Part shown: positions 60,082-64,000 of the stretch, one piece after another
Numbering within the stretch: the stretch's first letter is position 1
Layout of the letters: each line of letters opens with the position of its first letter
Assembly (NCBI RefSeq): GCF_006345805.1
Contig: NC_043005.1
Location: forward strand, 4,836,001 to 4,900,000
Origin: Octopus sinensis
Lineage: Eukaryota
Length of the DNA stretch: 64,000 nucleotides
Direction: 5' to 3'
The notes under the pieces: generated by a model
The model's input: the letters and a program-made list of their open reading frames with translations, nothing else
Told to the model about the DNA's origin: nothing
Databases searched by the model: none
Translations under genes and position numbers: made by a program

Positions 60082-63000
60082 TTATGATACATTCTGTTGC
60101 TCTGTAGGAACATTGCGGATGATATCAGAATCACCTGAAAAGAGAAATGGAAAAGAAAAATATTAAATTTTAGCAAATTAGATTTACAATAGCATAAAGC
60201 AAACAAGCATCAGTTTATACGAATTTACAAAGCCATCCACAATCACTAGAATAAGACAGGAGTTTATTTACCTGGGTCAGTGATACTCAGTGTACACACT
60301 CGGAAATACTTTCCACAAGCTGTTCCAAGATCAATATTGCTGCCGTTGTAATGGTGAACACCAGTCTTAGCCAACATGGCGTAGTACTCAATCTCACTTT
60401 TCCTGGAAGAGAAAACACCTTCAGCATCAGATTTACAACTCCACACAATTTTCAAAAACACCTTTATCTAAATAATCAAACTTACAATAACTCACAAAAG
60501 CCCACTTTTATGCAGCCAATTTAATAAAAGTAACACTAGTTCAAAGGATTGCAATGCCACTATAAAACCACCGGTCAAAGAATTAAAAATACCATCACCA
60601 GACTTTCTACAAAAGACTGCAAATGAACATGTGATGTCAAGGAGACATCAACACACAAACCTGTAATGGGCCAGACTCAAAGAGCACATGGTCAGGAAGC
60701 AAGCCTAGCTACACTTACACATTGGTACTTCAATATCAACACAATTTAATAACCTGGTGATGGTTTAACAATGAAACAATCAAGTTCCATCTCTAAAAAT
60801 ACTTCTACAAACGTTTTGTAATACTTTTCAGCTGGATCAGAATCAGTCTCTCTCATTTGCCACTAATTTACAATGGGAGAAAACCTATTAACCTTTTAAT
60901 GTGTAGCAAATGTTGCTGGTCATTGTAGAGGACAGGAGCAATTCATGCCAGCTTCTGTACAACACCCCATCGTAGATTCAATAAAACCAAACCAGTGTAC
61001 TTGATGCAACTAGCGATTTTCTCTTTAAAAAGAAATTAAACATAAGGTGAAAAGAAAAAAAATGGCTTCATCGTTGCTCTTGCCAGGCTCCGAAGCCAGA
61101 CACAAAAAAAAAACAAAAAAAAAAACACACAAAATTTCAATACTTAGACTACCAAAGAAACATAAAATACCAGTACATTTTTTTGGTACTATCTAAAAAG
61201 AGTGGTCCCGGTGTGCGCACTCATGACTAGTCGATCGTACAACGACTACCTATCCTATAAATGTTCATACAAATTCAGTTGAAAGTTATTAGACAAATGT
61301 TTGGTACCCCCACCATAACCTAGATGGGTTATTATAAAACAAAATAATGTTTTTAAAATAAAGTAAATATTTTTTTAAAAACAAAGTAAATAATTTTCCT
61401 TCTAAATCACGTAAATATTTTGAAAACAAAATAAATAAAAATAACACACTACCCGTTTTAACCCTAACTTTCAACAGAATTTGTATAAACATTTGTTTTT
61501 ACACCTATTACACACATTTTTTTTTTGATTTTCTGTTATTTGTTACGCCCTATATTAACCGGTAGTTGCAGGATCGACTAATCACGACTAGGTAGCACGG
61601 GTGCATGAGTATGTGCACCGGGACCACTCTTCTTAAATAGTACCTTTTTTTTTCCGACATCACCCACAAAGTTATTAATATATACACGTATTAACAATTA
61701 CAGAAAATTAAATTTGGAAATCAAACACACAACCTCACATCTGCAAATTCACAGCTTTACTGAAGAGGATGGCACTCTTTAGTTATTACTCTGCATTGCA
61801 TGACATCCCATCAGGCCTCCCTGTAGGGTTAGTAAACATTAATGATGCCACTGGTACTCCGAGGGGGTTAAACCGAAGCAAGGAAGAAATTGTGTAAGGC
61901 TACATCTGAGCCTATATCCATTTGTTTCAAAACATATACTATAATCACTTCCAGTGTAGGCACAAAGTCAGTAATTATGTGGAGAGATGTATATGACACA
62001 GTTTAACAATATCTGAGGGATGAAAGGCAATTCCCCTGTCTTAATGATTGCCATCCCAGTGCACTGCAAAGTAACACCACGAGAAAACAGGAAGCACACA
62101 CGCAGAGAATCTTTGTGAATAGCTCAGTAAGTTTGCAGACTCATTCAATCCCATTTAAATCTCTTAAAAACAAACTGCATTTCTACAGAAACAAAACATT
62201 TCACATACCTTAAAGGAGGAGTGTTATTGGCAATAATGACCAATTTAGCCTTGCCCTGTCTGATAGTTTTCAGGGCTTGTTTGTAACCGAGCACATATTT
62301 ACCACTCTTCATCACCAACGCCAACCTTGAGTTGATGTTCTCAATGGCCTTTTTCTGAAGTAAAAGAAAATACCATGAAAAAGTTGAACAAAATCCACCA
62401 TAAAAATTCTATCATCAAATATTTGAAATATAACAAAATCCACAGAACAATTCATTTTTTACCAACCCACAAATGTTGTTTGCTGACCTTATCAATTGTT
62501 ACTTATAATCTTGGCTCCTCAACTGGCTGGACTCGAGCGTCTCCCCACACATCAATAGGGGATCAAACGCAACGGTCCTGGAGGGACAGTGGTACTTATG
62601 TACCAGACACTAAGCCATGTCTTTCTTGGCTAGGAAGGCGCTAGTAAGTCGTACATGAGTGATGAAAGCAAACGAAACCAACTGGCACCGAAGGGCAGAC
62701 CATCATAGTATATACATTGTAACATTGTTATTATTCCAGACCATTTCTGGGATCGGTATCAGGTTAGTTCAACAGCAAGGCTCCTTCCTTTTAATCTAGA
62801 TTACGATTATATCGCAATCAAACCGATCAAAATGGAAATTGTAGTTGTGGCCGATGCCAGTGCCGCCTAACTGGCTCTCGTGCTGGTGGGTCGTTGCCAG
62901 CCCACCCGCCCCGACTGGCTCTTGTACGGTGGCACGTAAAAAGCGATCTCGGAGCGGTTGGCGTTAGGAAGGGCATCTAACTGTAGAAACATTGCCAGAT

Positions 63001-63779
63001 CAGATTGGGGCCTGGCGATCCCTCCCTGGCTTGTCAGTCCCCAGTCAAACCGCCCAACCCATGCCAGCGTGGAATACGGACGTTAAACGATGATGATATC
63101 GGAATTTGATGAGCGTCTGTAGGGGCGGCGCACAAATACATACTGGCAAATTACATAAAACTTGAAATGTTGAAAAAAATTGTAAAGCGTGGCAGCGTGT
63201 ATGCACGTACGCCCCCCCCCCCATTTCGATATAATCTTAGTCCACACCATTTGAAACGAATTACTGCAAAAAAAAATATATAATTTTTCCGAGTTATTGG
63301 AGTTAACAAGCAACTCTTTGCCAGATTCCCTCTCCGTGAGGTTGTAACAGCCGTTCCGACATTCCGCCGATCTCTCTACGTTAGTCTCCTCATTAGATGA
63401 GCGTAATCATAAGAAACAGTTACCAACTTTTCCAATACACAAATGTAAGGCAAACAATCTGACATTAATACGAGTTATAGACAAACAACGGGAAACTAAT
63501 TCAACGAGAGAATCGTCGGTTGTGAGGCGAGCCACGTGGTCGTGGAAGCATGTGCGTAATTAAGGGCGAGAAGAATTTACGGAAGAGAATGGCAAAAAAA
63601 TAAGGAATTCAGTTGTTTAACACCATGTTATAAGAATCGGACATCCTAATAAATAGTAAAATAAGATCAAGAGGAATATGAAAGGGAAAATGCTTGTATT
63701 GGGTCTTCAGTATTAAAAGGCAGAAGATGGCGATGGAGCGAGTTAAGAGGAAACTTACGGATTTCTTTGGAGGGACCAT
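60082..63779 (-). CDS. RPL30: 60S ribosomal protein L30 (eL30), 4 coding exons, 116 aa
   Basis: Coding exons 63779-63759, 62354-62209, 60402-60272, 60134-60082; all GT-AG. Protein [122 protein letters not shown] at 60066-60061. Confidence 0.97.
61185..61644. mobile_element. MITE with GGTACT-starting TIRs (Merlin- or MULE-like) in RPL30 intron
   Basis: GGTACTAT(C/T)TAA(A/G)AAGAGTGGTCCCGGTG at both ends in inverted orientation, with homology continuing further inward; inserted in an oligo-T tract. Superfamily is inferred. Confidence 0.8.
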
Positions 63780-63924
63780 GGCTATGGTTTCACTTCTACT
63801 CGATCTGATGGTGGATAAAAGAAATGAAAGGTCAATTATCTATTTAATTAATTACAAAAACTGATAGGAAATCGAGGTTAATTAGTGGAAATTAGAGAGA
63901 AACAAACGAGAGAGAATCACTCAC

Positions 63925-63985
63925 ACGACTTGGGTAATGGACGTCAGTGCAGAGAAAGGACGAGTCGCGGGAGTCTCGCGAGATT
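63925..63985 (-). promoter_or_regulatory. RPL30 core promoter: TCT initiator/5'TOP, non-coding exon 1, upstream TCTCGCGAGA palindrome
   Basis: Minus strand TCCTTTCT fits the TCT motif (YYC+1TTTYY, +1 about 63958). Donor GTGAGT at 63924 and acceptor TTTTATCCACCATCAG before 63804 define a non-coding first exon. TCTCGCGAGA at 63974-63983. Confidence 0.7.
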
Positions 63986-64000
63986 TACGCCCGACAAAGT

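Noticed and set aside
60908-61010. H/ACA snoRNA candidate (ACAGAA box, GCTGG/CCAGC stem, ACA+TTT)
   Set aside because: The second hairpin cannot form an upper stem at the required 14-15 nt from ACA, and no rRNA/snRNA target was recognisable.

Overview
AT-rich, microsatellite- and SINE-dense eukaryotic DNA. The repeat families and intron style point to a coleoid cephalopod, most likely Octopus (inference). I could build four spliced genes by hand: (1) the first coding exon of a kinesin-13 (KIF2A/MCAK-like) gene on the minus strand at 10513-10567, with a GC-type donor and the rest of the gene beyond the left edge; (2) complete RPLP1 (minus, 5 exons, 115 aa); (3) a C8orf34-like gene with an N-terminal RIIa/DPY-30-type docking domain (plus, about 18 exons, about 539 aa), head-to-head with RPLP1; (4) complete RPL30 (minus, 4 coding exons, 116 aa), tail-to-tail with the C8orf34-like gene. 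The rest is mostly tRNA-derived SINEs, RTE/CR1/R4-type LINE 3' fragments, an internally deleted mariner and several MITEs. Best oddities: a U6-SINE chimeric retrocopy nested inside another SINE, a tRNA-Glu-derived pseudo-tRNA with a TTA anticodon, a young CR1 copy with three microhomology deletions, a TCTCGCGAGA element at the RPL30 promoter, and unexplained structured unique sequence in ribosomal-protein introns (possible snoRNAs). I found no convincing new protein-coding system. Almost all ORFs in the supplied track are repeat or microsatellite artefacts. SINE family letters A-D are my own working labels, and most repeat coordinates are approximate.
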